A stretch of DNA of 64,000 nucleotides from Acidimicrobiia bacterium (GTDB lineage: Bacteria > Actinomycetota > Acidimicrobiia > IMCC26256 > JAENVU01). How positions within the stretch are numbered: position 1 is the first letter of the stretch; each line of letters opens with the position of its first letter. Where the stretch lies: the NCBI GenBank assembly GCA_031430375.1, contig JANPBJ010000144.1, positions 4,264-68,263 of the forward strand, written 5' to 3'. Shown piece by piece: positions 9,001 to 17,991 of the stretch. A program made the translations under genes and the position numbers. The notes under the pieces are model-generated. The model did not search any database, had not been told where the DNA came from, and worked only from the letters and a program-made list of their open reading frames with translations.

Positions 9001-9898
9001 CGAATGTCTCGCCGTGATCGACACCGCGGTCGCGATCGGTGACCGTCGAACGGAGGCCCAAGCCCGCTCGATGTTGGACTGGGCCCACGTGTCGTTGGGG
9101 CAACCCGAACTGGCGATCCACTCGGAACGAGCGCTGGAGCTCTATGCCGAGATCGGCGACCTCGCCGGACAGGCCGTAGTGCTCAACAATCTCGGTGGCT
9201 TCGCATACTTCGATGGCCGATGGGACGACGCCGTGGAGCTCTACGAACGCGCCCAAGGACTACGTATCCGCACCGGTAACGCGGTCGATGCCGCACTCGG
9301 TGCGTTGAACATCGGCGAGGTCTTGATCGATCAGGGCCGCATCGACGAGGCTCACGATCTCATCACCGACGTGGATCGCGTGTGGCGTGCCGCCGACTAC
9401 CGCGGGGGCGCGGCCATGGCTCAGATGCACCTGGCCCGCATTGCCGCAGCACGGGGCCTGCACCACGATGCGCGGGAGCGCTTCGCTCGCGCCCGGGCCG
9501 AGCTGCTGGACATCGGAGCCGACTCTGATGTCATCGAGGTCGACGTTCGCACGGCCGAGTTTCTTCTCGGCACCGGCGATCCCGAAGGTGCGCTGGAACT
9601 GGCAGGCGAGACACTTCAGCGTGACCTCGCGCTCGGCGGCGTGGTGGATCACGGTCCGTTGTTACGTATCCGAGCCCAGGCGCTGTTGGCTGCCAACGAT
9701 GTCGAAGGAGCCCGCCAGTCGATCACCGGGAGCCTCGAAGAGGCGCGTACCCGCACGACATCGTTCGAAGTTGCGCGGTCGCTCATGGTGCTCGCCGAGG
9801 TGGATCTCGCGTTGGGCGACACCGAAGCGGCCCGGCGTCATCGCGCGGAAGCGACCGAACGCTTGGACCAACTCGGCGTGCTGAGGGTGCGCCAGTAA
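6089..9898 (+). CDS. Signalling protein: two tandem class III adenylate/guanylate cyclase homology domains + P-loop AAA/STAND NTPase + TPR-rich C-terminus
   Basis: First cyclase domain FVDISGFT..FGGDALL, second FCHFDGT..DGGKIIL..GDTVNLTARL. Walker A GPAGIGKSRL. Long helical repeat tail. Start moved to ATG 6089 to clear the upstream gene (ORF track starts at 6014). Confidence 0.8.
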   Translation: MVTASAQRRSLAPFLPRLTIEWARDRSGPSWKMVDGSLLFVDISGFTKMSERLARHGNLGAEEVTDAVEICFGALLALAYTAGGSLLKFGGDALLILFTGEDHPTRAATSALTMHERLRHVGKIETSAGRVTLRMSAGVHTGTFGCFLVGETHKELILAGPDVSTVTQMEGAARAGQTLVSDATAAAIDARLIGPRQGPGHRLRRVAVRLPEDPAPRSLNADQLDLDEYLPVAIRQHVLAGGGDPEHRQVCIAFCHFDGTDELLRTAGPEAVAIALDGLLRIVQREVDRAGVTFLATDVDQDGGKIILASGVPASTGQDVDNLLAAVRRIADTDLPLPLRIGVHRGAVFAGEVGPTYRRTFTVMGDTVNLTARLMARAAPGEIVASPEILNRARTHFDTTPLEPFMVKGKRRPVEASTLGTTQRRETRTAVVLPLVGRAAELATFHEYLDAVRHGKGRAIELVGPAGIGKSRLIEELRRLAIDLPVLGIACDPYEATSPYAAVWWLLHDVLAQPPTAESEVVADALAQAVAWHTPELEPWLPFLGVPLDLDLPPTPEVAAIAPEFVPDKVREVTATFLNAVLPPSVVVIIEDAHWIDDASSLVLDQIIRAIPERPALVCLTRRVDAAGYHLVDRSHTRSMLLEPLSTEDATRALIAATDDSPLRAEDIALLAERAAGNPLFLEELLETLRHGGDVSELPDSVDALVTAQIDRLHPELRALVRVASVLGQSFLLDELAALITDDLPPPDHDVWEELKGILTFTGPGALRFRHALVRDAAYHELPFRRRRELHARAGDAIAGPLGDHPESEAELLSLHYFHAQRYDDAWRFARVAAGRAIAKYANIEAAELLERAINAARRGADVVALDLAQAWDELGEARERAGIYDAALVAFRASRRLHGPDPVAAARILLKEAWIAERTGRTSEGVRAVRRGLKILAAEETGPAIRVRVQLRAWYATIRQAQGRSQEAVTECLAVIDTAVAIGDRRTEAQARSMLDWAHVSLGQPELAIHSERALELYAEIGDLAGQAVVLNNLGGFAYFDGRWDDAVELYERAQGLRIRTGNAVDAALGALNIGEVLIDQGRIDEAHDLITDVDRVWRAADYRGGAAMAQMHLARIAAARGLHHDARERFARARAELLDIGADSDVIEVDVRTAEFLLGTGDPEGALELAGETLQRDLALGGVVDHGPLLRIRAQALLAANDVEGARQSITGSLEEARTRTTSFEVARSLMVLAEVDLALGDTEAARRHRAEATERLDQLGVLRVRQ

Positions 9899-9964
9899 GC
9901 AGCGAGTTTGTCCATATTCCACCAACCCAGCGGTACGTCCAGCGGTGGACGGAACCACTGTGCC

Positions 9965-10447
9965 TCAGTCGAAGTTGGTGTTGAGCAGCGGGGCGGTACA
10001 CAGCTCGATCTGGAGTCCATCGGGGTCTCGCACGTAGACCGAGTTCTCTACACCGAGGTCTGGACCTCGGTACTCGACCCCGGCCGCTGAGAGCCGCACT
10101 TTGAGCGCGACGAACTCCGCCGGCGCCATCGAGATCGCAACGTGTTGAACACCGCCCAGCGTCTCGTGGAACTCAGGATGCTCGAAGCCCGGAAAGTCGA
10201 AGAACGCGAGGAGATTGCCGTTGCCGATGTCGAAGAAGAGATGTGCGCTCGACGGGTAGTCGCGGTTCTCGAAGATCTCCACCACGGGAAACCCGAGCAG
10301 GTCTTGGTAGAACGCGATCGTCGCCAGCACGTCCGAGCAGATAAACGCCGCATGATGCACGCCCCGACCGGTACTCGCCGGGCGATCCGAGACCGCCATC
10401 ACAAGATGGTCCCAAGCTTCGGCGCGGGTGGCGTAGTCGTCAGGCAT
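9965..10447 (-). CDS. VOC (glyoxalase/bleomycin resistance/dioxygenase) family protein
   Basis: HHAAFICSD.., FFDIGNGNLLAFF, VQHVAISM, YVRDPDGLQIEL. Start could be 10483 or ATG 10447. Confidence 0.75.
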   Translation of the reverse strand: MPDDYATRAEAWDHLVMAVSDRPASTGRGVHHAAFICSDVLATIAFYQDLLGFPVVEIFENRDYPSSAHLFFDIGNGNLLAFFDFPGFEHPEFHETLGGVQHVAISMAPAEFVALKVRLSAAGVEYRGPDLGVENSVYVRDPDGLQIELCTAPLLNTNFD

Positions 10448-10536
10448 CGCGGAGAACAATACTTCGACCCCGGACTGCCACACCCGGCGAAACCGACACC
10501 GGGCGACACCTTGGGAAACCGCGGTGCGCCAGTAGC

Positions 10537-12117
10537 GTGGCCCGAATGGCCGGATGGAACTTTGCCCACGTGTGGGATGCGATCGCCGACGCGGCGCCGG
10601 GCCGGGTAGCCATCGTGTGTGGAACGGCCGAACGAACCTTCGGGGAGTTTGAAGATCGAGCGGCCCGGCTTGCCGGACACTTGGCCGCGCTCGGGGTGGG
10701 CTCCGGCGACAAGGTCGCGATCGACCTCGTGAACCGACCCGAATACCTCGAGACGTTCTACGCGGCCTTGAAGCTCGGCGCGATCCCGGTGAACGTCAAC
10801 TTTCGGTACGGCGTTGAAGAGACTCGTTACTTGCTGGCCGACTCGCAAGCACGAGTGGTGATCACGGAGACCCAGTTCCTCGCCACGGTGAAGGATGCAG
10901 TTCGTCAACTGCCCACATCACCCGCGGTCATCGAACTCGGCGCCGGGTATGACACGGCAGTGAGCGGCGCCCGATTGGAGAGCAACCGCACTCCCGATGG
11001 TGACGATCTGATCTTCCTCTACACCGGGGGCACGACCGGCATGCCCAAGGGTGTGATGTGGCGCAACGACGACCTCTACGCCGCCCTCTGGCAGATGGGT
11101 CGGCCGGGTACCGAACCGCCGGATCCGTTGGCGACAATCCATGCTGGCAAACGCGCCGGCACCACGCTTCCCGCGTGTCCTCTCATGCATGGTACGGGCC
11201 TGTTCATCACCCTCTCGACTCTCGCGGGCGGCGGCACCGTCGTCCTCATCGACGAGATGGGTTTGGACGCTCACCGAATCTGGGACGAGATCGACCATCA
11301 CCAGGTCGCAGTCTTGACCATCGTGGGCGATGTCTTCGCTCGCCCGCTCTTGCTCGCGCTCGATGCCGGCCGCAGCCGCTGGTCGCTCGAGTCGTTGCGC
11401 GCCATCACGTCGAGTGGCGTCACGTGGAGCCCCGACGTGAAGCGCGCGCTGCTCACCCATCTCCCCACCATCACCCTGCTCGACTCACTCGGCGCTTCCG
11501 AAGGGTTGATGTCGCGGTCCTCGGCGCGCGCCGAGGACCGCGAAATCGCCCCGGCGCGCTTCGCCGTGAACAAGCGTGTCCAGGTCCTCACCGACGATGG
11601 GCGCGAAGTGGTACCCGGAAGCGAAGAAGTGGGGATGGTGGGCGTCGGCGGGCGTATACCGCTCGGCTACTTCAACGATCCCGAGAAGACGGCCAAGACC
11701 TTCCGCGTCGTGAACGGCACGCGGTATTCGATCCCGGGCGACTACGCAACGGTCGAACCCGACGGCACCATTCGGCTCCTCGGCCGCGGCTCGGCCACGG
11801 TCAACACCGGCGGCGAGAAGGTGTACCCCGAAGAAGTCGAGCTCACGCTGCGCGAACACGCGGCGGTCGACGATTGCGTGGTCGTTGGCATCCCCGACGT
11901 TCGATTTGGTGAGATGGTGGTGGCCATGGTGGTCGCGAGCGCGCCGGTCGACGAAGATGCACTGCGCGCCCACTGCAAGACCCGCGGCCTGTCGGGCTAC
12001 AAGATCCCCAAGCGGATCGTGCTGCTTTCAGACATGCACCGCGCGCCGAATGGCAAGGCCGACTACAAGCTGTTGCGTGGCCTGGCTGCCACCGAACTAG
12101 GAGTGACACTCTCATGA
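10537..12117 (+). CDS. Acyl-CoA synthetase / AMP-dependent ligase (FadD-like), paralog 1
   Basis: 526 aa. AMP-binding motif LYTGGTTGMPKGVMW, C-terminal PNGKADY. GTG 10537, alternative ATG 10546. Confidence 0.85.
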   Translation: MARMAGWNFAHVWDAIADAAPGRVAIVCGTAERTFGEFEDRAARLAGHLAALGVGSGDKVAIDLVNRPEYLETFYAALKLGAIPVNVNFRYGVEETRYLLADSQARVVITETQFLATVKDAVRQLPTSPAVIELGAGYDTAVSGARLESNRTPDGDDLIFLYTGGTTGMPKGVMWRNDDLYAALWQMGRPGTEPPDPLATIHAGKRAGTTLPACPLMHGTGLFITLSTLAGGGTVVLIDEMGLDAHRIWDEIDHHQVAVLTIVGDVFARPLLLALDAGRSRWSLESLRAITSSGVTWSPDVKRALLTHLPTITLLDSLGASEGLMSRSSARAEDREIAPARFAVNKRVQVLTDDGREVVPGSEEVGMVGVGGRIPLGYFNDPEKTAKTFRVVNGTRYSIPGDYATVEPDGTIRLLGRGSATVNTGGEKVYPEEVELTLREHAAVDDCVVVGIPDVRFGEMVVAMVVASAPVDEDALRAHCKTRGLSGYKIPKRIVLLSDMHRAPNGKADYKLLRGLAATELGVTLS

Positions 12118-12154
12118 ACACCCACCGAATCAATTCCCGCAAGGACGCTTGAAC

Positions 12155-13660
12155 ATGGCAGATCATTTTGTGATCGATGGTTCCAACCTCGCGACCGAAG
12201 GCCGCACCGAGCCCAGCCTGGCGCAACTCCGGGATTCGGTTGCTGCCTTTCGCGGCGAACATCCGGGCGCGATGGTGACCGTGGTCGTCGACGCGAGTTT
12301 CGAGCATCGGATCGACCCCGCCGAACGGGTGGCGTTCTCGAAACTCGAAATCGCCAACGAGGTCGTGTCACCGCCGGCCGGAGCGGTCGGGCGCGGCGAT
12401 GGTTTCCTGCTGCAAATCGCGAACCGCACGAGCGCGACCGTGGTGTCGAACGACTCCTTTCAAGAGTTTCACGCTGAGTACGACTGGCTGTTCGAGCCGG
12501 GTCGGTTGATCGGCGGCAAGCCCGTACCGGCGGTTGGCTGGATCTTCTCGCTGCGACGGCCCGTGCGCGGCATTGTGAGCCGCAAGACCACACAAAAGGC
12601 GAAGAAGGACAAAGGTCCCGAAGAGAAAGTCCGCGAAGCGATCGCGGAAGCCACCGCCGACGTGATGACCACGAGCAGCAGCGGTGGTCGGCGGCGCCGG
12701 CGAGGCGGTCGCGGCAGTACGCCCGCGGTCGAAACCGCCGAGCCCGAAGCGGTCAACGAGCCCGCGCCCTTCCTCCAGTTCGTGATCGATCACCGGCTCG
12801 GGACCGATGTTGAGGGTGAGGTAGACGCCTTCTCGTCCCACGGTGCCTTCGTGGTAGTCGACGGCGTGCGCTGCTACGTGCCGATCGCCGCGATGGGCGA
12901 GCCCCGACCAACCCGCGCGCGTGATGTGCTCACCCGCGGCGAGACCCGCACATTCGTGGTGCAGGCCGTCGACGCGCCACGCCGCGGCATCGAACTCGCA
13001 CTCCCCGGCTTCGCGAAGGTGGCAGGCGCGCCAAGCGAGGAAACGGTGCAGGCTGAAGTCAAGCGCAGCCGCCCGAAGAAGTCGACGGCCGACTACGTGC
13101 CGAAGCAGCGTTCGTCGAAGAAGGGCGCCGCCGCCCATGAGCCAGGCAAGAAGGCCACGGGGAAGAAGGTCACCGGCAAGAAGGACTCTGGGAAGCAGGA
13201 CGCCAAGACGTCTGAGAAGGCCGAACCGAGTCTCAAGGCCGCCGCGACCAAGAAGTCGTCGGGTCAGAAGACTCGCGTCGCCAAGAAGACCGCGATCGGC
13301 AAGACCCCCGCGACCAAGCAGCCCGTGACCAAGAAGCCCGCGACCAAGAAGCCCGCGACCAAGAAGCCCGTGACCAAAGCCCCCGCGAAGTCCGCGGCGA
13401 AGTCGGTCCGCGCCAAGAAGTCCATGATCCGCAACACCGAGACCAAGAAATCCCCGGTCGCAAAGACCGCTCCGACCAGGAAGGCGCCCAAGAAGACCGC
13501 CGTACCCAAGACCACGCCGGCCAAGAAGACCCCGACGCCCAAGACCGTGCCGGCCAAGAAGCCCGTGACCAAGACCCCGACGAAGAAATCCGCGGCCAAG
13601 AAGCCCGCGACCAAGAAGACACCCTCCAAGAGCCCAGTGAAACGGTCACGTACATCATGA
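12155..13660 (+). CDS. NYN (Zc3h12a-like RNase) domain + S1 RNA-binding domain + ~190-aa Lys/Pro/Ala/Thr-rich histone-H1-like tail
   Basis: N-terminus [26 protein letters not shown] (PIN/NYN acidic pattern). S1-like [28 protein letters not shown]. Tail [16 protein letters not shown]... ATG 12155 preceded by AAGGA. The ORF track starts at TTG 12149. Confidence 0.7.
   Translation: MADHFVIDGSNLATEGRTEPSLAQLRDSVAAFRGEHPGAMVTVVVDASFEHRIDPAERVAFSKLEIANEVVSPPAGAVGRGDGFLLQIANRTSATVVSNDSFQEFHAEYDWLFEPGRLIGGKPVPAVGWIFSLRRPVRGIVSRKTTQKAKKDKGPEEKVREAIAEATADVMTTSSSGGRRRRRGGRGSTPAVETAEPEAVNEPAPFLQFVIDHRLGTDVEGEVDAFSSHGAFVVVDGVRCYVPIAAMGEPRPTRARDVLTRGETRTFVVQAVDAPRRGIELALPGFAKVAGAPSEETVQAEVKRSRPKKSTADYVPKQRSSKKGAAAHEPGKKATGKKVTGKKDSGKQDAKTSEKAEPSLKAAATKKSSGQKTRVAKKTAIGKTPATKQPVTKKPATKKPATKKPVTKAPAKSAAKSVRAKKSMIRNTETKKSPVAKTAPTRKAPKKTAVPKTTPAKKTPTPKTVPAKKPVTKTPTKKSAAKKPATKKTPSKSPVKRSRTS
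13310..13384 (+). repeat. Coding tandem repeat, 15 bp x5 (GCGACCAAGAAGCCC unit, encodes [A/V]TK[K/Q]P)
   Basis: Five head-to-tail 15-nt units read directly: 13310-13324, 13325-13339, 13340-13354, 13355-13369, 13370-13384. The middle units are near-identical. Confidence 0.9.
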
Positions 13661-13992
13661 GTGACGACATCCCGTCCATCACCGTTGGCGACGTCGACGA
13701 ACTCGCCGATCCAGTACTGCTCGATGTGCGGGAGCTCGATGAGTACGAAGCCGGTCACGCGCCGGGCGTGATCTCGCATCCGCTCGCGACCATCCCTGAC
13801 GTATGGGCCAGCCTCCCCTCCCATCGCACGATCCTGTGCATCTGTCGCGTCGGTGGCCGTTCCGCGCAGGCCACTGCATTTCTGCGAGAACAGGGCCTCG
13901 ACGCCATCAATCTCGAAGGCGGGATGCAGGCATGGGCCGCGTTCGGTCTCGACGTCGTACGTGACGACGGTACCCACGGCGCGGTCATCTGA
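13657..13992 (+). CDS. Rhodanese-like sulfurtransferase domain protein
   Basis: 111 aa. Active-site loop CICRVGGRS. ATG overlaps the upstream TGA (ATGA at 13657-13660). Confidence 0.8.
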   Translation: MSDDIPSITVGDVDELADPVLLDVRELDEYEAGHAPGVISHPLATIPDVWASLPSHRTILCICRVGGRSAQATAFLREQGLDAINLEGGMQAWAAFGLDVVRDDGTHGAVI

Positions 13993-14000
13993 CGCCGCGC

Positions 14001-15266
14001 ATGGAACGCCCCCCGCTGGACGGACCACTCACCGGCATCCGCGTCCTCGATCTTTCACGCGTCCTCTCCGGGCCAATCGCCGGAAGGAACCTTTCCGACC
14101 TCGGCGCGGATGTCATCAAGCTCGAACCGCCGGAAGGCGACCTCGTCCGCTTCGCTCAGCCCAAGGTCGGTTCGATCTCGCTGTACTACGCGCAGCAGAA
14201 CACCGGGAAACGCAATATCTCGCTCGACCTTCATCACCCTGATGCCGCGGCGATCGTCTTGGATCTCGCCGCGCACGTGGATGTGGTCATCGAGAACTTC
14301 CGGCCGGGCGTGATTGACCGTCTCGGCATCGGATGGCCGGAGCTCTCCGCTCGCAATCCGCGCCTGATCCTGGCGTCGATCAGTGGTTACGGACAGACCG
14401 GAAGTTGGGCAAACCGGCGCGCCTATGCAGTTGTCATCCATGCCGAGATGGGGCTTATCGAAGCGGGGGGACGGTTCCGGGCCGACGCCGCGGGTGACTC
14501 CACGGGCGGGGTCCCGCTCCAAGACTCGATGAGCCATGCCGACGTGTACGCCGGGCTTCACCTCACAGCTGCGGTCAACGCGGCGCTCTTCCAACGGGAG
14601 CGCACTGGGCGCGGCCAGTGGGTAGATGTCGACATGGCCGAAGCCCTCCTCCACGCCAACGACTTCACGCATTGGGATTTGTCGTCCGTGGACGTTGGTG
14701 ACTACCGCCCTGCGATGTCGCCGCCGTACACGCCCATCCTGCGCACGGGCGCGGGACCGCAGATTGTGATCGCCGGCGACCCAGCAGGACCCGGTTTGTT
14801 GGAGTTGTATTCCGCGGCGATGAACCGCGCAGACATCCTCGACGATCCGCGCTTCGCGCTCTCCGTGCGCCGCGCCAACCGCGCCGCGTTGATCGAGATC
14901 ATCGAAGCCTGGACGCTCACGTTCACCGATCTCGACCTGCTCGAGCGCGTCCTCGGCGACCACGGTTTCCCGATGGGCGTCGTGCGTACCACGGCCGCAG
15001 CCGCAACGAGCGAGTGGGCTCACGAACGTGGTGCAGTCGTGGAGGTCGACGACCGCGTTGGCGGCACGGTGTCGATCCCGCAATCACCCTGGCGATTCTC
15101 TGGCGCCACCACCGGGTCTCGCGGAGTCCCTGCCTATCGCGGCGAACACAACCGGGAAGTTCTGCGCGAGCTGCTCGGCACCGACGACTCCACGTTGGAG
15201 CGGTGGGAAACCGACGGCGTGTTGTCGTCACGGGTACCCGACTCCCGCCTCCCCAAGATTGAGTAA
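14001..15266 (+). CDS. CoA-transferase family III (CaiB/BaiF-like)
   Basis: 421 aa. IRVLDLSRVLSGPIAGRNLSDLGADVIKLEPPEGD is the family N-terminal signature. Confidence 0.85.
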   Translation: MERPPLDGPLTGIRVLDLSRVLSGPIAGRNLSDLGADVIKLEPPEGDLVRFAQPKVGSISLYYAQQNTGKRNISLDLHHPDAAAIVLDLAAHVDVVIENFRPGVIDRLGIGWPELSARNPRLILASISGYGQTGSWANRRAYAVVIHAEMGLIEAGGRFRADAAGDSTGGVPLQDSMSHADVYAGLHLTAAVNAALFQRERTGRGQWVDVDMAEALLHANDFTHWDLSSVDVGDYRPAMSPPYTPILRTGAGPQIVIAGDPAGPGLLELYSAAMNRADILDDPRFALSVRRANRAALIEIIEAWTLTFTDLDLLERVLGDHGFPMGVVRTTAAAATSEWAHERGAVVEVDDRVGGTVSIPQSPWRFSGATTGSRGVPAYRGEHNREVLRELLGTDDSTLERWETDGVLSSRVPDSRLPKIE

Positions 15267-15391
15267 ATCACTCCACCCGCGCCGACATTCCGCGCGTATC
15301 TCCATACTCTGATGTCCGAGCCCGGGGCGGGTGACGAGCGCGAGGGGACTCGGGCTGATCTGCATCCCATGGATGGGAACTCAACCAAAGG

Positions 15392-16228
15392 ATGGTGGCG
15401 ATCCGCATGCAACTCTCCCGCCCTGCGCTCGTGTGGGTCCTGATAACGCTGGCCGCGACCGGCGTCATTCGCACTGCTGGTGCCGCGCCCACAACCGAAG
15501 CCACCGTCGCGGTAAGCACCGACCCCACCGGCGCGCACGTGAAGCTCGGCCGGACCGGGAACTGGACCGAAGTCCGCCCCCGTCGCGGAACGGATCCCAG
15601 CACCGGGTGTCTCCGCCGCTGGATTCCTTCGGGCGCGTACGAACTGCGCAAGACCTCGGCGGGCGACTATCGCCAGGTTCCGATGAACGACCCGAGACCA
15701 GGCAGCGACTACTCGCCGTATTCCGTGTGGTGCAACGACGAGTACATCGGCACGGTGTGGATCCGACCCCAGCAGTTCGGCGTGGATCCGCGCGCCATCG
15801 CCCAGGAGCTCGTCCGCGACCTCCCCTATCCGGCGGCGACGGTCGGCGCGGTCCCGCAGGCGCGCGGCCTCACCGGTCTCGATACCCAGTTCTGGGTCGA
15901 CGGCTACACGGCCGCGCCGGTCCAGGACACGGTCACGCAGTTCGGCCTGACGGTGGACGTGGAGGCGACTCCGACGTCGGTGAGTTGGGACTTCGGTGAC
16001 GGGACAGTCGCGAAAGGCCTCGGCCCCGGCACGGCGCCGCCGGCACCGTCGAACGTGGTGCACATGTTCGAGACTCGTGCCCGGCCCGCGTTCTCCGTGC
16101 GGGCGTTGATCATCCTCTCCGTGCGGTGGCGACTGAACGGAGGGAGCTGGCAGACCATCGACCCGGTGATCCGCACCGCGGTCCGCTCCTATCCCGTCGT
16201 GGAGTCGCGCGCCGCGTTGGTTCCATAG
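15392..16228 (+). CDS. Secreted hypothetical protein
   Basis: 278 aa. Signal-peptide-like N-terminus (LVWVLITLAATGVIRTAGA). PKD-like WDFGDG motif. No recognisable catalytic motifs. Confidence 0.55.
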   Translation: MVAIRMQLSRPALVWVLITLAATGVIRTAGAAPTTEATVAVSTDPTGAHVKLGRTGNWTEVRPRRGTDPSTGCLRRWIPSGAYELRKTSAGDYRQVPMNDPRPGSDYSPYSVWCNDEYIGTVWIRPQQFGVDPRAIAQELVRDLPYPAATVGAVPQARGLTGLDTQFWVDGYTAAPVQDTVTQFGLTVDVEATPTSVSWDFGDGTVAKGLGPGTAPPAPSNVVHMFETRARPAFSVRALIILSVRWRLNGGSWQTIDPVIRTAVRSYPVVESRAALVP

Positions 16229-16282
16229 ACCGTGGGGCAACGCCGTAGGCCCTTCGCGGCAACCGGCCGGTAACGTGGACCG

Positions 16283-17893
16283 ATGTCGAGCTTCAACCGC
16301 GCCGATGCGCTCGCCCGCCTCAACTCCGATGATTTCGATGTTCTCATCATCGGTGGTGGGATCACCGGATGCGGAGTGGCACTCGACGCGGCCAGCCGCG
16401 GCTTGAAGGTTGCGCTCGTCGAACGCGACGACTTCGCGAGCGGAACGTCGTCCAAGTCTTCCAAACTCGTCCACGGCGGGCTGCGCTACCTCCAACAACG
16501 CGAGATCCGTTTGGTCTACGACGCACTCCACGAGCGGCAACGAGCGCTGAAGAACGCACCCCACCTCGTTCGGATTCTGCCGTTCCTCATCCCGGTCCTG
16601 AGTAAGGACGGCCTCATCAACCCGAAGATCGCCCGTGCGCTCGGGTACGCAATGTGGCTGTACGACATCACGGGCGGGGCGCGGATCGGCAAGTTACACA
16701 AACGCATCAACACGGAGGAAGCACTCGCCCACATGCCCACGCTGCGCGCCACGAATGTTGCTGCGGCATACCTCTACTACGACGCGCAGACCGACGATGC
16801 TCGCTACACCCTCACGCTTGCCCGTACCGCGGCAAGCCATGGTGCGGTACTCGCAAACCACGCGGGGGTCACGGGGTTACGCAAAGACACGAGCGGTCGC
16901 GTAAACGGCGCGACCATCAGCGCCGATGGCCGTACCTTCGACGTCAGCGCGCACACCGTGGTGAACGCAGCCGGGGTGTTCTCCGACGACGTGCGGGAGA
17001 TGGACGAAGGGACCCACCCCCATTCCATTCGTCCCGCGAAGGGCATTCACATCACCATCCCGTGGGAAAAGGTCCGTAACGACATCGCCGCCATCGTGCC
17101 CGTACCCAAGGACCGCCGTTCGATCTTCGTGGTGCCGTGGGGCGACTTCACGTACATCGGCACGACTGACACCGACTACGACGGTCCGATCGACGATCCT
17201 CAGTGCACGCCCGAGGATGTGAAGTACCTCCTCGACGCGATGAACCGGGCGATGGCCGAGCCCCTCACCATCGACGACGTGGTGGGGACGTGGGCCGGAC
17301 TGCGGCCACTCGTCACCGGTGGAACCGTCGGCCAGAAGACCGCAGATCTCTCGCGCCGCCACAAGGTCGCGGTGTCGAGCGCGGGCGTGATCACCGTCAC
17401 GGGCGGCAAGCTCACCACCTACCGGAAAATGGCCGAAGACACTGCCGACGCCGTGGTGAGGTCGCTCGGCCGCAAAGCCTCGTGTCGGACCAAGAAGTTA
17501 CCCCTCCTCGGCGCGCAGGACCCCGCACCTGACGACGAGCACCTGGCTCTGCGATTCGGCAGCTTGGCCACCGAGGTTCTCACCCTCGCCGCGACCGACG
17601 CCGACCTAGCCGCTCCGTTGGTAGGGGGCCTTCCGTACCTCCGGGCCGAGGCGATCTACGCGGTGCGCGAGGAAATGGCCACCACCCTCGACGACGTGTT
17701 GTCGCGCCGCACCCGCGCCCGACTCCTCGGGCGCGACGCCACCGCCGCGGCCGCGGAGTCCGTCGCCCGACTCATCGCTCCCGAACTCGGCTGGGACGAG
17801 GCCAGGATCACCTCCGAGGTCGACTCCTACCGAGCCGCCCTCGAGCACGAGCGCACCAGCGCCGGTCTCCCCGACTCGGTGCTCCCGCTCTAA
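16283..17893 (+). CDS. glpD: FAD-dependent glycerol-3-phosphate dehydrogenase
   Basis: 536 aa. DVLIIGGGITGCGVALDAASRG, SSKLVHGGLRYL. Confidence 0.85.
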   Translation: MSSFNRADALARLNSDDFDVLIIGGGITGCGVALDAASRGLKVALVERDDFASGTSSKSSKLVHGGLRYLQQREIRLVYDALHERQRALKNAPHLVRILPFLIPVLSKDGLINPKIARALGYAMWLYDITGGARIGKLHKRINTEEALAHMPTLRATNVAAAYLYYDAQTDDARYTLTLARTAASHGAVLANHAGVTGLRKDTSGRVNGATISADGRTFDVSAHTVVNAAGVFSDDVREMDEGTHPHSIRPAKGIHITIPWEKVRNDIAAIVPVPKDRRSIFVVPWGDFTYIGTTDTDYDGPIDDPQCTPEDVKYLLDAMNRAMAEPLTIDDVVGTWAGLRPLVTGGTVGQKTADLSRRHKVAVSSAGVITVTGGKLTTYRKMAEDTADAVVRSLGRKASCRTKKLPLLGAQDPAPDDEHLALRFGSLATEVLTLAATDADLAAPLVGGLPYLRAEAIYAVREEMATTLDDVLSRRTRARLLGRDATAAAAESVARLIAPELGWDEARITSEVDSYRAALEHERTSAGLPDSVLPL

Positions 17894-17991
17894 CGCCCCA
17901 CCCCCTCCGCAGCGCTTGTCGAGTCAGCGGCGCCCAGCGCACACAAACCGACAAACGCACCGGGGGAACGCGTCGCGTAGCGTGTGCGACC

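Noticed and set aside
9919-9951. Weak hairpin (TCCACC...GGTGGA) between the cyclase gene and the VOC gene
   Set aside because: Only 6 bp with a long loop. It is not distinguishable from chance in GC-rich DNA.
13100-13650. Repetitive region considered as a CRISPR-like or non-coding repeat array
   Set aside because: The repeats are in frame inside a long ORF and encode a Lys/Pro/Ala/Thr tail. The unit is 15 bp with no spacers. This is a coding low-complexity repeat, not CRISPR.
15365-15378. TCCCAT-GG-ATGGGA palindrome just upstream of the secreted-protein gene
   Set aside because: A short (6-bp arm) isolated palindrome containing ATG/CAT triplets, with no second copy or regulator nearby. Insufficient support to call an operator.
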